64,000 bases of DNA from Candidatus Calescibacterium sp. (GTDB taxonomy: Bacteria > Calescibacteriota > Calescibacteriia > Calescibacteriales > Calescibacteriaceae): NCBI GenBank assembly GCA_025060505.1, contig JANXBU010000003.1:47124-111123 (forward strand), in the 5' to 3' direction. Positions 9,827 through 20,083 of the stretch are shown here, piece by piece. The notes beneath the pieces were generated by a model. That model saw nothing but the letters and a program-made list of their open reading frames with translations, was not told where the DNA came from and ran no database searches. Position 1 is the stretch's first letter. Each line of letters starts with the position of its first letter. The position numbers and the translations under genes were made by a program.

Positions 9827-10540
9827 ATGTATAGAGTCGTATTAACGGGGATATTTATTTTTACTGTTTCCATTTCTTCGTTTTTCAGTACAGCTTCTGC
9901 ACAGATACAAAGACCAGATGAGATGAAAGTTATTGGTAAGAAAGTTCAGGATGCAACTTTCTTTGATCATGAAGGGAAATATTTTAATGTATACTCTATT
10001 TTTGATGGCAGCAGAGTTGTTATTGTAAGTCCAATATTTACCAAGTGTCCTCACACCTGTCCTCTTATAACAAGTAGTTTGAGGAAAGTTGTTGAAAAGA
10101 TATACTCAAGGGGCCTGACAAATTTCAAGGTTCTTACAATTTCATTTGATGATACTGATACTCCAGAGGATCTAAAAAAGTACATAGAAAAATTCAATCT
10201 TGGAGAGTTTGTTGAAAGAGGTATTTGGATATTAGCTTCCGGCAAAAGTGACCAGATAAAAGCTTTTCTGAACTCTTTTGACTTCAGATATATCAAACAT
10301 GAAAATGGGCTTTTTGATCATCCAAATCTTATAGCTTTTCTCTCTCCTGATGGGAAACTATCAAAATTTATTTACGGTTTTTCATATCAAGAGGAAGATG
10401 TTATGAATGCTATATTAGAAGTAAGAGATCCCAAGATTGGTTTGAGAAAATTTTCAAAGTTTATTTTGTTCATCGGCGTTATTGGATTTATTGCGACATC
10501 AATTTTTCTTATATATAGAAATTTTGGGAGATCTAAGTAA
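9827..10540 (+). CDS. SCO1/SenC copper chaperone for oxidase CuA assembly.
   Basis: Signal peptide, thioredoxin-like fold with CPHTCP (the SCO CxxxCP motif), and a C-terminal TM anchor. Lies downstream of the oxidase operon. Confidence 0.8.
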   Translation: MYRVVLTGIFIFTVSISSFFSTASAQIQRPDEMKVIGKKVQDATFFDHEGKYFNVYSIFDGSRVVIVSPIFTKCPHTCPLITSSLRKVVEKIYSRGLTNFKVLTISFDDTDTPEDLKKYIEKFNLGEFVERGIWILASGKSDQIKAFLNSFDFRYIKHENGLFDHPNLIAFLSPDGKLSKFIYGFSYQEEDVMNAILEVRDPKIGLRKFSKFILFIGVIGFIATSIFLIYRNFGRSK

Positions 10541-10643
10541 ATTTTGTTTCAGGTCGATTTGCTTTTCTTTTGCGTATCAAATCCTCACTTGCTTTTTTAT
10601 TATGTCTCGTTTTTTATGATTTCCTTTTTTGGATATTATGGAT

Positions 10644-11597
10644 TTAAAATACTCTTACCTTTACTCCTTTCTCAAGAACCTGTTGTAATTTTTCAAGTGT
10701 TATACTTGTTTGAGTTACAAGCTTTTGGAATTCCGGAAGCATATTGTTGGCAAAATTGCTTATTTTTATTACTCCCTCAAGGACCTCTGGTAGCAAAACG
10801 GTTGTGTATGTTATGCTATCTTGATAATTTACCATTGTAGATATGAACATGTTTCCATCTTTTAGTGTTCCTGATACATTACTTATGAGGAAATTCATAT
10901 TGTTTATTAGATTTGGTAGCTCAGATAAAGCTATGCTTATTGATTCAGAATTCTTGGAAAACACATCAATAAGTTTGGCAATTTCGTCTGAATACTCATA
11001 GAGTTCTTTTGTTATTGCTTTTAATTCCGGAGTTATTTCGTTTAGGTTTTTGACCATATCTGCTGTGTTTTTGATAAGGGGTTCGGTTGTTCTCACAAGA
11101 TCTGTTATGGTTCCGGTCATTTCTTTTACAACATTTGGATCAAGCGCATCAATAAATGGTTTCAAAGATAGAATAAGCTCATCGGGTTCAAAGAGTGTTT
11201 TTGCTCGTGTTATCCTGAAACCCTCAGGTGCTTCTTCAAGATCGCCTTCTCCAGTAGGTATAAGTTCTACATATTTTTCCCCAAGCAGACTTTTCATTCT
11301 GATTTGAGCCTCAAAATCTTTCCTTATAGGAACGTCATTTTTGACCTTTATTTCGGCTTCTATTTTTATATCCTTTTTATCAAGAAGTATTCTCATCTTA
11401 TCAACATATCCAACTTTTAATCCTCCAAGCCTAACATCTGACTTTTCTGCAAGACCTTTTGTGTTATCGAAAACGATGTAATAGGTTTTGTACTCTCCAA
11501 CTCCTATTTTCCCAACTTTGACGAACATGTAGACGAAAGCTGCAACAGATAGAGCTGTTACGACAACGAGGTATATAACATTCTTCTTTCTTTCCAT
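10644..11597 (-). CDS. MlaD/MCE-domain protein.
   Basis: N-terminal TM followed by an Mce domain (YKTYYIVFDNTKGLAEKSDVRLGGLKVGYV). The C-terminal part is helical. Confidence 0.7.
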   Translation of the reverse strand: MERKKNVIYLVVVTALSVAAFVYMFVKVGKIGVGEYKTYYIVFDNTKGLAEKSDVRLGGLKVGYVDKMRILLDKKDIKIEAEIKVKNDVPIRKDFEAQIRMKSLLGEKYVELIPTGEGDLEEAPEGFRITRAKTLFEPDELILSLKPFIDALDPNVVKEMTGTITDLVRTTEPLIKNTADMVKNLNEITPELKAITKELYEYSDEIAKLIDVFSKNSESISIALSELPNLINNMNFLISNVSGTLKDGNMFISTMVNYQDSITYTTVLLPEVLEGVIKISNFANNMLPEFQKLVTQTSITLEKLQQVLEKGVKVRVF

Positions 11598-11674
11598 ACA
11601 TACATATTACTTATTGCAAAATCTTTTTTCTGAAAAAAGCGATTTTCTTTGATTTTATATTTAAAACAAAGCCT

Positions 11675-12223
11675 ATGTCAAGGATTGGTAGAATACCTAT
11701 ACAAATACCAGCTGGTGTTTCTGTGAAAGTACAAGACGGAAAAATTTTTGTAAAAGGTCCAAAAGGAGAGCTTTCAATGAATCTGACTCCGCCGATAAGT
11801 GTGAAGATTGAAGATGGAAAGATTTTCGTAATGAATCCAAAACCAGATGAAAGAAAGGCAAAAGCTCTTCACGGAACAACCAGAGCTCTTATAAATAATA
11901 TGATAAAGGGTGTTGTGGATGGATATAAAATAGAACTTGATATTGCTGGAATAGGATACAGGGCAGATATGCAGGGTGACACTCTGGTTTTAAAAGTTGG
12001 GTATTCTCATCTTGTTAATTTTAAACCGCCATCTGGTGTAAAGGTAGGTCTCAGAAGTCCTGTTCGTATTTTTGTTGAAGGTATAGATAAACAGCTTGTT
12101 GGTCAGGTTGCTGCAGATATAAGAGCCATAAGACCACCAGATTCATACAAGGGAGCTGGTATAAAATACGAAGATGAAGTCCTTAATCTGAAACCCGGAA
12201 AGGCAAAAGGAAAGAAAAAATAA
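11675..12223 (+). CDS. rplF: 50S ribosomal protein L6.
   Basis: MSRIGRIPIQIPAGVSV...GPKGEL is the classic L6 N-terminus. 182 aa. Confidence 0.95.
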   Translation: MSRIGRIPIQIPAGVSVKVQDGKIFVKGPKGELSMNLTPPISVKIEDGKIFVMNPKPDERKAKALHGTTRALINNMIKGVVDGYKIELDIAGIGYRADMQGDTLVLKVGYSHLVNFKPPSGVKVGLRSPVRIFVEGIDKQLVGQVAADIRAIRPPDSYKGAGIKYEDEVLNLKPGKAKGKKK

Positions 12224-12536
12224 AAACTCTCAAATCAACAGGTCTTTTTAAAGTCTATTCAGTTTGTTGGGGAAGATTTAACTTGCTCTAACAATAATCT
12301 ATACCTTTCTCAATTGATAGTTGGACAAGATTTTCTGTAATATGCTTTTTCATCTATCTCTGGTCTGATGTATAAAAAATTTTCTGAAAAATTCCATTTC
12401 TTAACATCTTTGATAAGCTTTTCAGATTGCTATACAAAAAAACAATTGCTTCGCGGATCATTTCTCAAACCTCAAAACGCTGTATTTGCATTTTTATTGA
12501 TACAATGGAAATTTTCACAGCAAGGAGGTTTTTGTT

Positions 12537-14558
12537 ATGGTGGCTTTCAAAAAATTAGGAATATCAAGAATAAGAGGCAAGCTTTTTCTGGTCATTCTCC
12601 CATTACTTGTTCCAACAGTTACTGCTTACATAACTTATATTATTGAGAAATCATACGATATTAACTTTGCTAAAAAAGAAATGGTGGGTGCAAAATATGT
12701 CAAAAATATAAAAGATCTCGTATTGTATGTTCAAACACACGAAACTAAAACATACGAATATAATAATGTTTTATCTGAGGAAAAAAGATCCGAGGTCATC
12801 AAAGAAATAACAGAAATAAGAGAGAAAATAAGGCAAGTCATGAAATCAATGGATGATCTTGTATTTCATTTTCCTGAAATCAGTGACGTATGGGAAGGTA
12901 TGAAGAAGGAGTGGAATGATATTGAAGCTAATTCTTTGTTATCTGATCAAGGTTTATCTTTTGAAATGCATGAGGATTTTATAAAAGATCTCATATTGTT
13001 GGTGCAAGATATATCTGAGATTTCGAAGCTGACGTTTGATCCGGAGTATGTTTCATATTATCTGCACGATATTTCTGCGAACATCATTTTACCATTTATT
13101 AAGGAGGTTGGAAGGTTAAGAGCTCTTTCATCCGGTGTTGCTGCAAAGGGAAAGATAGATAGGGCTGAAGAATTAAACGCTGTTTATGTTGTTGCTAAAA
13201 TCAAAGATGACTTCTATTTGGTTGCAAACAGAATAGAAAAAGTATCATCAAAACTCCCATCAGTTCAAAGTGAGCAGATACAAAATAAGTTTTCAATTTT
13301 CAGAGATGATCTTATGGGAAGCCTTAGGTCTGTTGAAGGAGATCTTCTTGATGGAGACGAATTTATTTTACTTGATAGTTCTTTTATATACGGCTCTTTT
13401 ACGAGAGTAATTAATTCTGGATATGAACTTTTTGATCTTGCTAACGGTATGCTTCTATCGGAGATCCAAAAGAGATTAGATAACACTTATTTTGGGTTGG
13501 TTACTTTTTCTCTTCTGAATCTAGTGCTTCTCTCAATAGCTTTGATTTTAGTTTTGTCAGTTGCCGGTAATATAACATCAAGAATACACTATATGGAATC
13601 AGCTTTCTCAAGAATATCGAAAGGAGACCTAACAGTTAGACTTCCTGAGGATTCATCAGATGAGCTAGGAGATTTGGCAAGGCATTTCAATAATTTTATA
13701 GAATCATTCGTTTCGATAGTGAAAGTTATAGTTGAAACATCGGATGTTTTGAATGAGGTCGTACTGAAAGTTAGAAAATCATCGGATAGGGTTTTCAAAG
13801 AAATAGAGACAGAAAGTCAGATGATCTCGATGTCTTCAACGGCGATGGAAGAGCTTTCAGCTACATCTTCGGATATACTGAAAAGCGCTCAGAACATACT
13901 GAGTTTTAATAGTAAGATGGAGAAGGAAAGCAAGGAGGGTATAAAAATAATTCAAACATCTTCGGAAGGTATACTTAAAATGTCTGAAGAATTCCCGGAA
14001 ATAGTCTCAAAGATGGAGAATATTCTCAACATGCTTGAACAAGTTGGGAAAGTAATAACTGTAATAGAAGATATTGCAGATCAAACTAATCTTTTAGCTC
14101 TGAACGCTTCAATAGAAGCTTCTCGGGCGGGAGAACAAGGTAAAGGATTCTCAGTAGTTGCAGGTGAGGTGCGAAATCTTTCTCAGAGAACTCGTCAGGA
14201 GTCGGTCTCTATAAAGAAGAAAATAGAAGGGTTCAGGAATGTTATGAAGGAGGTTGCCGAAAGAATAAATTCATTTAACTCATCTATAAAATCTTATTAT
14301 AGTAGTGCTCAGTCAAGCATAGGGAAGACCAACGAGATTTTAAAACATATATCAGATTCAGCAAGAAATGTCTACTCTATAAGTTCAGCTCTTGAGCAGC
14401 AAAACAAAAATGTTTCAGAGCTTGCAAAAAATATTTCTCAAATAGTCAATATATCACAAAGTGTCAAAGAGCTCATAATCAATATGAATAAAGACGTGTC
14501 ATCTCTGTATGATTACTCTAACAAACTGAAAGAGATATTCGAAAGATTTAAGTACTAA
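12537..14558 (+). CDS. Methyl-accepting chemotaxis protein (two TM helices, periplasmic sensor, HAMP, MA domain).
   Basis: HAMP-like region ([25 protein letters not shown]) and the MCP signalling-domain core ([38 protein letters not shown]). Confidence 0.9.
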   Translation: MVAFKKLGISRIRGKLFLVILPLLVPTVTAYITYIIEKSYDINFAKKEMVGAKYVKNIKDLVLYVQTHETKTYEYNNVLSEEKRSEVIKEITEIREKIRQVMKSMDDLVFHFPEISDVWEGMKKEWNDIEANSLLSDQGLSFEMHEDFIKDLILLVQDISEISKLTFDPEYVSYYLHDISANIILPFIKEVGRLRALSSGVAAKGKIDRAEELNAVYVVAKIKDDFYLVANRIEKVSSKLPSVQSEQIQNKFSIFRDDLMGSLRSVEGDLLDGDEFILLDSSFIYGSFTRVINSGYELFDLANGMLLSEIQKRLDNTYFGLVTFSLLNLVLLSIALILVLSVAGNITSRIHYMESAFSRISKGDLTVRLPEDSSDELGDLARHFNNFIESFVSIVKVIVETSDVLNEVVLKVRKSSDRVFKEIETESQMISMSSTAMEELSATSSDILKSAQNILSFNSKMEKESKEGIKIIQTSSEGILKMSEEFPEIVSKMENILNMLEQVGKVITVIEDIADQTNLLALNASIEASRAGEQGKGFSVVAGEVRNLSQRTRQESVSIKKKIEGFRNVMKEVAERINSFNSSIKSYYSSAQSSIGKTNEILKHISDSARNVYSISSALEQQNKNVSELAKNISQIVNISQSVKELIINMNKDVSSLYDYSNKLKEIFERFKY

Positions 14559-14684
14559 AACTTTATATTTTGTTTGGATACCAATTTTCGTTCTGTGTAG
14601 GTGATAGAAAAATTTATTTGGAAAATTTATATTGGAATTCAGTTATTTTATAATAGAAGTTTATATTGCCGGGAGGTTTTACCT

Positions 14685-15050
14685 ATGGTATCTGAGCTAT
14701 TTGAAAGGGAAAAGAGACGAGAAAGAAGAATACTTCATAATAGAAAAAAGATTTTTGGAACTACCGAGAGACCGCGTATTTCGGTTTTCGTATCTGGCAA
14801 GCATTTTTATGCTCAGGTTGTAGATGATACAAAGGGTAATACCATAGTTTCCGCTTCAACGCTTGAGTTCAAAGATAAGATAAAAAAAACATGGAACATT
14901 GAAGCAGCTAAGGAAGTTGCAAAGATATTAGCTCAGAGAATGATTCAAAAGGGTATTAAGAAAGCTGTGTTTGATAGAAGATTTAGAAAATATCATGGAA
15001 AGCTCAAAGCATTTGCTGATACACTAAGAGAAGGAGGTGTTGATTTCTAA
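14685..15050 (+). CDS. rplR: 50S ribosomal protein L18. Start chosen at the internal ATG behind a GGGAGG RBS; the ORF-track entry begins at 14601.
   Basis: [36 protein letters not shown] and the C-terminal [14 protein letters not shown] are L18 signatures. The ATG at 14685 has the RBS at -8. Confidence 0.9.
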   Translation: MVSELFEREKRRERRILHNRKKIFGTTERPRISVFVSGKHFYAQVVDDTKGNTIVSASTLEFKDKIKKTWNIEAAKEVAKILAQRMIQKGIKKAVFDRRFRKYHGKLKAFADTLREGGVDF

Positions 15051-15619
15051 TGGGTAAGTGGGGTAAGAACGGAAGAATGTACGCAGGAGAAGCTTACAAA
15101 TATCTTGAAAAATATCTCCCTACACAAGACGATGAGATTGTAGAAAGAGTCATAGAAACTAGCAGGGTCACGCGTGTTACAAAGGGAGGAAAAAGATCAA
15201 CATATAGAGCATTTTGCATTGTGGGTAATCAGAAGGGTGCTGTTGGATATGGAATTGGGAAAGCTCCGGAACCTGCTGATGCAATAAGAAAAGCTGTAAA
15301 CAGAGCTAAAAAAAATATGTATCTTGTTCCTATGGTGGGCGGGACTATTCCACATGAGGTGGAGGGAAGATTTTCTACATCTCGTATAATAATGAAACCA
15401 GCTGCTCCGGGAACTGGAATAATTGCCGGCGGTGTTGCAAGAACTCTACTTTCTGCTGCTGGTGTTAAAGATATACTCACAAAATCAATTGGAGGGAATA
15501 ATCCTATAAATCTAGTTAACGCCATGTTTGATGCTTTTTCAAAACTCAGAACTCTATCATTTCAAGCTAAACTGAGAGGAAAGAAAACAAGAGAATTGCT
15601 TTCTTCTTCAACATCGTAA
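15050..15619 (+). CDS. rpsE: 30S ribosomal protein S5.
   Basis: RVTRVTKGGKRSTYRAFCIVGNQKGAVGYGIGKA is the S5 signature. The ATG overlaps the rplR stop (TAATG). Confidence 0.95.
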   Translation: MGKWGKNGRMYAGEAYKYLEKYLPTQDDEIVERVIETSRVTRVTKGGKRSTYRAFCIVGNQKGAVGYGIGKAPEPADAIRKAVNRAKKNMYLVPMVGGTIPHEVEGRFSTSRIIMKPAAPGTGIIAGGVARTLLSAAGVKDILTKSIGGNNPINLVNAMFDAFSKLRTLSFQAKLRGKKTRELLSSSTS

Positions 15620-15692
15620 TCTCCACTGAATTATACAAAAATTCTTTATAAAATAAGGAAGCCTAATGCCCAATTCTCTTCTATTTAGATTG

Positions 15693-15728
15693 TATATTGC
15701 GATTCAGTTAATATATAAACGCAATATA
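15693..15728. promoter_or_regulatory. Perfect 9-bp inverted repeat (TATATTGCG-N18-CGCAATATA) in the rpsE-aroKB spacer.
   Basis: Read directly from the sequence. Could be an operator or an RNA stem upstream of aroKB. No T-run follows. Confidence 0.3.
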
Positions 15729-15783
15729 TTTTCAAATTTGCGACAAATTCAGATAATTTCAATAAATTGAAACTTCTTCTGAT

Positions 15784-17391
15784 ATGATCATCTTTCTTAC
15801 CGGATTGCCCGGAGTTGGAAAATCAACAGTAGGTAGGATTGTTGCTGAAAAACTAAAATATTCTTTTGTAGAACTTGATCAACTCATAGAGAAAAAAACG
15901 GGTAAATCTATACCGGAGTTGTTTTCGGTTGACGAAAAGTTTTTCAGATTTTGGGAGTCAAAAGTCTTGAAGGAAGTTGTGGATGGTTTATCAAACTCTG
16001 TTGTATCCCTTGGGGGAGGTGCTATCATTCTCAAAGAGAATTTAGATTTGATAAGACAAAAGGGCATTGTTGTGAATCTAACAGCGCAAGTTCAGCAGAT
16101 ACTCAAACGTATTGAATCAGATACATCAAGACCAATTTTGTATGGAGATAAGAGAAGTAGACTTGAAACTATTGCATCAGATAGAGAGAAGCTTTACAGG
16201 ATCTGTGATTTCTCTGTGGATACATCAGATATTTCACCCGAAATCGCTGCTGAAAGAATACTGCATTTTCTGAGTGAGTTTTCTAATATCAGATCTATTA
16301 GGGTAAACCTTTATGATAGATCGTATGATATTCTTATTGGTTCAAATCTACCAAAATCAATAATACAAAATAGGGTAAAGAGAAATCTTCCGGACCTGAA
16401 GAAAGTTGTCATAATTACATCTCCTTCTATAAAATATGTTTCATTGAACGGGGTTTCATTATATGGTCGTGTGAAAGCTATTTTTGAAACATCAGAGGTT
16501 GTTGAGGTAGATCTTCCGGAAGGTGAGCAGACAAAAGATATTCTCTATGCTATACATCTTTGGAACAAATTTACAGAAAAAGAGATCAGAAAAAGTGATC
16601 TTATCGTTGTTGTTGGAGGTGGAGTTTTAGGAGACCTTGTTGGTTTTGTAGCATCTACTTATCTTAGAGGTGTCAAATATATAAATGTTCCAACAACTCT
16701 TCTTTCTCAGGTTGACTCTTCAATAGGTGGAAAAACAGGAGTAAATACAGAAATAGCAAAAAATATGGTTGGCACTATATATCAACCATTTCTGGTTTTG
16801 AGTGATATAGACTTCATAAAAACTCTTCCGAAAAGTGAGTTTTTCTCTGGTATGGGCGAAGTTCTAAAATATGCTGTATCATCTGATAGATATCTTTTTG
16901 ATTTTGTTTCAGAAAGAATAGATGATATAATGAACAGAGATCAGGATGTTATAAAAAATATGGTTTCTCTATGCGCAAAGATAAAAGGAGATATAGTTTC
17001 TGCTGATGAATATGAGGAAAAAGGTTTACGTTTTGTTCTGAATTTTGGACATACAATAGGTCATGCCATTGAATCTGCTAATAACTTCAAGATACCACAT
17101 GGGATTGCTGTTGCCAAAGGTTCAATTTTCGAGACAAAAATATCAGACAAAATACTTGGAAAAAATCTTTATCCACAGGTTCTTGATTTCGCGAGAGCTC
17201 TTGGATTTGATGAGCAATTTGAAATCAAGGATGTGAAAAGGTTTATTTCTGCTCTAAAAGTTGATAAGAAAACCAGAGCAGAATACATAAACTTCATACT
17301 GATTGAAGATATAGGTAAAGGCAGGTTGGAAAGAATAAAGATCAGCGAATTTGTAAGTATACTCAAAGAGGTGCTGAAAATAGATCTATAA
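15784..17391 (+). CDS. aroKB: Bifunctional shikimate kinase / 3-dehydroquinate synthase.
   Basis: N-terminal P-loop kinase (IIFLTGLPGVGKSTVGRIVAEKL), then the AroB core (GGGVLGDLVGFVASTYLRGVKYINVPTTLLSQVDSSIGGKTGVN). Confidence 0.85.
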   Translation: MIIFLTGLPGVGKSTVGRIVAEKLKYSFVELDQLIEKKTGKSIPELFSVDEKFFRFWESKVLKEVVDGLSNSVVSLGGGAIILKENLDLIRQKGIVVNLTAQVQQILKRIESDTSRPILYGDKRSRLETIASDREKLYRICDFSVDTSDISPEIAAERILHFLSEFSNIRSIRVNLYDRSYDILIGSNLPKSIIQNRVKRNLPDLKKVVIITSPSIKYVSLNGVSLYGRVKAIFETSEVVEVDLPEGEQTKDILYAIHLWNKFTEKEIRKSDLIVVVGGGVLGDLVGFVASTYLRGVKYINVPTTLLSQVDSSIGGKTGVNTEIAKNMVGTIYQPFLVLSDIDFIKTLPKSEFFSGMGEVLKYAVSSDRYLFDFVSERIDDIMNRDQDVIKNMVSLCAKIKGDIVSADEYEEKGLRFVLNFGHTIGHAIESANNFKIPHGIAVAKGSIFETKISDKILGKNLYPQVLDFARALGFDEQFEIKDVKRFISALKVDKKTRAEYINFILIEDIGKGRLERIKISEFVSILKEVLKIDL

Positions 17392-17396
17392 ACTTC

Positions 17397-18290
17397 TTGG
17401 AGTTTTTTTATAATTATATTTGTGTTTCTATGCCCGTTCATGAGATAACAGATGCTACTGATATAACTCAGATAAAGAAAGAAGATAAAGACTCTGAAAG
17501 AGTAGCTGTTTTAGTAGTTGAGAGTCCGCCAGATCTTATTGGTAGAGAGTTTTTAGCAGATTCGGTTGGAATAATCGGAAGATCATCTAATGCAAACATT
17601 GTTATTCCGGAAAAAAGTGTTTCAAGAAAACATGCTTTCTATGAATTTGATCCAAGGCTTCAGAAGATTTTCATAAAAGATTTGAATTCTACAAATTCAA
17701 CATTTGTAAATGGTAAGAAAATAACATCTGCGTATGTGAACGCGGGGGATAGGATCAGTTTGGGAAAAGTAGTCCTGAGATTTGATTTGAGAACAAGAGC
17801 TGAGCAGAATTTGAGAGAAAAAATCAAAAAACAAGCCGTATATGATCTTCTTACAGGTATTTTGAACAGAAGCGCACTTGAGCAAGAAATCAAAAAACTT
17901 ATTATGAATTCAGAAAATTTTTGTCTTATCTTTATAGACCTTGATAACTTCAAGCAAATAAATGATACATTTGGACATCAGAAGGGAGACGAACTTCTCA
18001 AATCTTTTTCATCTATCTTGAAGAATTCAATAAGAGAAACAGATATAGCAGGGAGATATGGTGGAGATGAGATTGTTTTGGTTCTAAGAAAAATAAATTC
18101 AAATATCGCAAAAGATATTATGAATAGAATCAGAGAAAATTTCAGAAAGCACTTTTCAGAATATGAAAAGATAGGATTTAATTTCTCTTATGGTGTTTCT
18201 GAGTTTCCAAAAGATGCAGAAACAATGGAAGAACTAATAATGAGGGCAGACCAGAGACTTTACGAAGATAAAAAAAGAAGGAAAAAGTGA
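17397..18290 (+). CDS. FHA-domain diguanylate cyclase (FHA + GGDEF).
   Basis: FHA core (IGRSSNANIVIPEKSVSRKHAFYEF...NSTNSTFVNGKKI) followed by a GGDEF domain (LTGILNRSALEQ...DLDNFKQINDTFGHQKGDELL...RYGGDEIVLVL). Start may be the second ATG at 17430. Confidence 0.8.
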   Translation: MEFFYNYICVSMPVHEITDATDITQIKKEDKDSERVAVLVVESPPDLIGREFLADSVGIIGRSSNANIVIPEKSVSRKHAFYEFDPRLQKIFIKDLNSTNSTFVNGKKITSAYVNAGDRISLGKVVLRFDLRTRAEQNLREKIKKQAVYDLLTGILNRSALEQEIKKLIMNSENFCLIFIDLDNFKQINDTFGHQKGDELLKSFSSILKNSIRETDIAGRYGGDEIVLVLRKINSNIAKDIMNRIRENFRKHFSEYEKIGFNFSYGVSEFPKDAETMEELIMRADQRLYEDKKRRKK

Positions 18291-18337
18291 AACAGATCAA
18301 TTTACTTGCTTTATACTGAATTCTATATTATGTGTTA

Positions 18338-19999
18338 TCAGCATCTTCCAAATTTTTTTTCGAGTTCTTCGATATCTAACTTTATAACAGCTGGTCTTCC
18401 ATGCGGACATCTTTGATCTACATCAAAATCTTGTAGGATTTGTAAGATATCCCAGTGATCTAATTTATCTCCGCTTCTTATTACGGTTCGGCAAGCTACG
18501 CCCGCCAGAAAGTTTTCTATTTTTTTCATCTCAAATCCTTCCGAGAACTCCATCAGAAAATCTGAGAGCTCAAATCCAGAAAGATAATATGGTATTGAAG
18601 ATATTTTTATCTTAGAGTTTTCAATATCAGCTGAAATGTTTAGTCCGATCTTTTCAAAATCTTCTTTTCTATCAAGTATCTTCATTATCACATTTTTCGG
18701 AAGAGTTACTTCAAATGGTATAGCAAACCTCAGAACTTCATTCTTTTGTATTTTCTGAAATTTCTCTTTGAGTTCTCTGAAATATCTTCCTTCGTGGTAT
18801 GCGTGAAGGTCAACAAAATAAATTTCACCATCAAATTCAACTATTGAAAAAATTCCTTTTATAACTGCCAGAACTTTTAATGCTTTTTTGTGTTCAAATA
18901 TTGAAGTGTTTGTTGTCATCTGTGCTTGTGTTTGAGATTGACTTATTTGAGTTTTCTGGTTATCTTGCAAGCCTATATTTTGCTCTTCTGTTATGTATTT
19001 TTGTGTATCAGATGTTTCAATTCTCGCTAGGTATCTGTGTCTTATTGCTTCTTCAATAGATGTTATTATGAGCTCTTTTATTTTTGTTGGAGCTCTCCAT
19101 CTCACTTCTGTTTTTGTTGGATTTACATTGACATCATACATTTCTGGTGGGGCATTTATAAAAATTATGTAATCAGAGTTTTTCAAGAAATTGAATTTTG
19201 ATATGGCTGAAAATACAGTTTTGTCTCTTATATATCTTTTGTTAAGAAATATCCATTTTCCTATGCCAGTTTTCTCTCCCCAGATTATTCCTTCTATTCC
19301 TATGTTCCCTACATGAAAATTGATATCTATTTTGCTGCTGTTTTTGTTTTCTCCGAAAAGTGATTTTATTGTTTCTTCAAGACTTCTTCTAGGTTTCAGA
19401 TTCAAAACTGTTTCTCCATCTCTTGTAAGCTTGAATCCGATATTTGGAAAAGCCAGAGCGTATCTTGATACAACTTCTGTGATATACGAGAATTCAACCT
19501 GATCTGTTGATAGAAACTTTTTTCTCGCAGGTGTATTGTAGAAAAGATCTTTTACTATAATTTGTGTTCCTGGTTCAATGTACAGCTTTTTCACATGTGT
19601 TATTTTTCCGCCTTCCGCTGAGACCTCCGTTCCAAGTTCCTGATTTTTTGTCCGCGTTCTTATTATGATTTTTGAGACCGTTGCTATTGAAAAAAGCGCT
19701 TCTCCTCTGAATCCGAAGGTTGTTATGAAGTTCAGATCTTCTTCTTTTGATATTTTACTTGTTGCGTGTTTGTGAAGACACAAAACAGCATCTTTCTCAC
19801 TCATTCCATCACCATTGTCAAAAACAGAAATAAAATCTTTTCCTTTTACGTTTACGTCTATCTGTGTAGCGTTCGCATCAATGGAATTTTCAACAAGTTC
19901 TTTTACTACGGCGGAAGGTCTATCTATAACTTCTCCCGCTGCTATCAGAGAAGCAACTTTTTCGGGAAGTATGAAAATTTTCTGTTCATCTGTTTTCAC
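18338..19999 (-). CDS. mutL: DNA mismatch repair protein MutL.
   Basis: GHKL ATPase N-terminus (AAGEVIDRPSAVVKELVENSIDA, DNGDGM) and the C-terminal dimerisation/endonuclease region. 553 aa. Confidence 0.9.
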   Translation of the reverse strand: MKTDEQKIFILPEKVASLIAAGEVIDRPSAVVKELVENSIDANATQIDVNVKGKDFISVFDNGDGMSEKDAVLCLHKHATSKISKEEDLNFITTFGFRGEALFSIATVSKIIIRTRTKNQELGTEVSAEGGKITHVKKLYIEPGTQIIVKDLFYNTPARKKFLSTDQVEFSYITEVVSRYALAFPNIGFKLTRDGETVLNLKPRRSLEETIKSLFGENKNSSKIDINFHVGNIGIEGIIWGEKTGIGKWIFLNKRYIRDKTVFSAISKFNFLKNSDYIIFINAPPEMYDVNVNPTKTEVRWRAPTKIKELIITSIEEAIRHRYLARIETSDTQKYITEEQNIGLQDNQKTQISQSQTQAQMTTNTSIFEHKKALKVLAVIKGIFSIVEFDGEIYFVDLHAYHEGRYFRELKEKFQKIQKNEVLRFAIPFEVTLPKNVIMKILDRKEDFEKIGLNISADIENSKIKISSIPYYLSGFELSDFLMEFSEGFEMKKIENFLAGVACRTVIRSGDKLDHWDILQILQDFDVDQRCPHGRPAVIKLDIEELEKKFGRC

Positions 20000-20083
20000 T
20001 AATTATGATATATTATCTTTCTTTCCTTTGTTGGTAAATTATAATTTGTTTCAAGTTATTCATAAATTTTTATTTATTTTAAG

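Noticed and set aside
12368-12646. 92-aa ORF upstream of and overlapping the MCP start.
   Set aside because: It lies in the rplF-MCP spacer in a different frame, with Cys/Phe-rich nonsense composition. The MCP start at 12537 has a GGAGG RBS.
15653-15757. 34-codon ORF with a good SD (AAGGAAG) after rpsE, checked as a possible rpmD (L30).
   Set aside because: The sequence MPNSLLFRLYIAIQLIYKRNIFSNLRQIQIISIN bears no resemblance to L30, and it spans the 9-bp inverted repeat. Kept only as a note under the spc-cluster finding.
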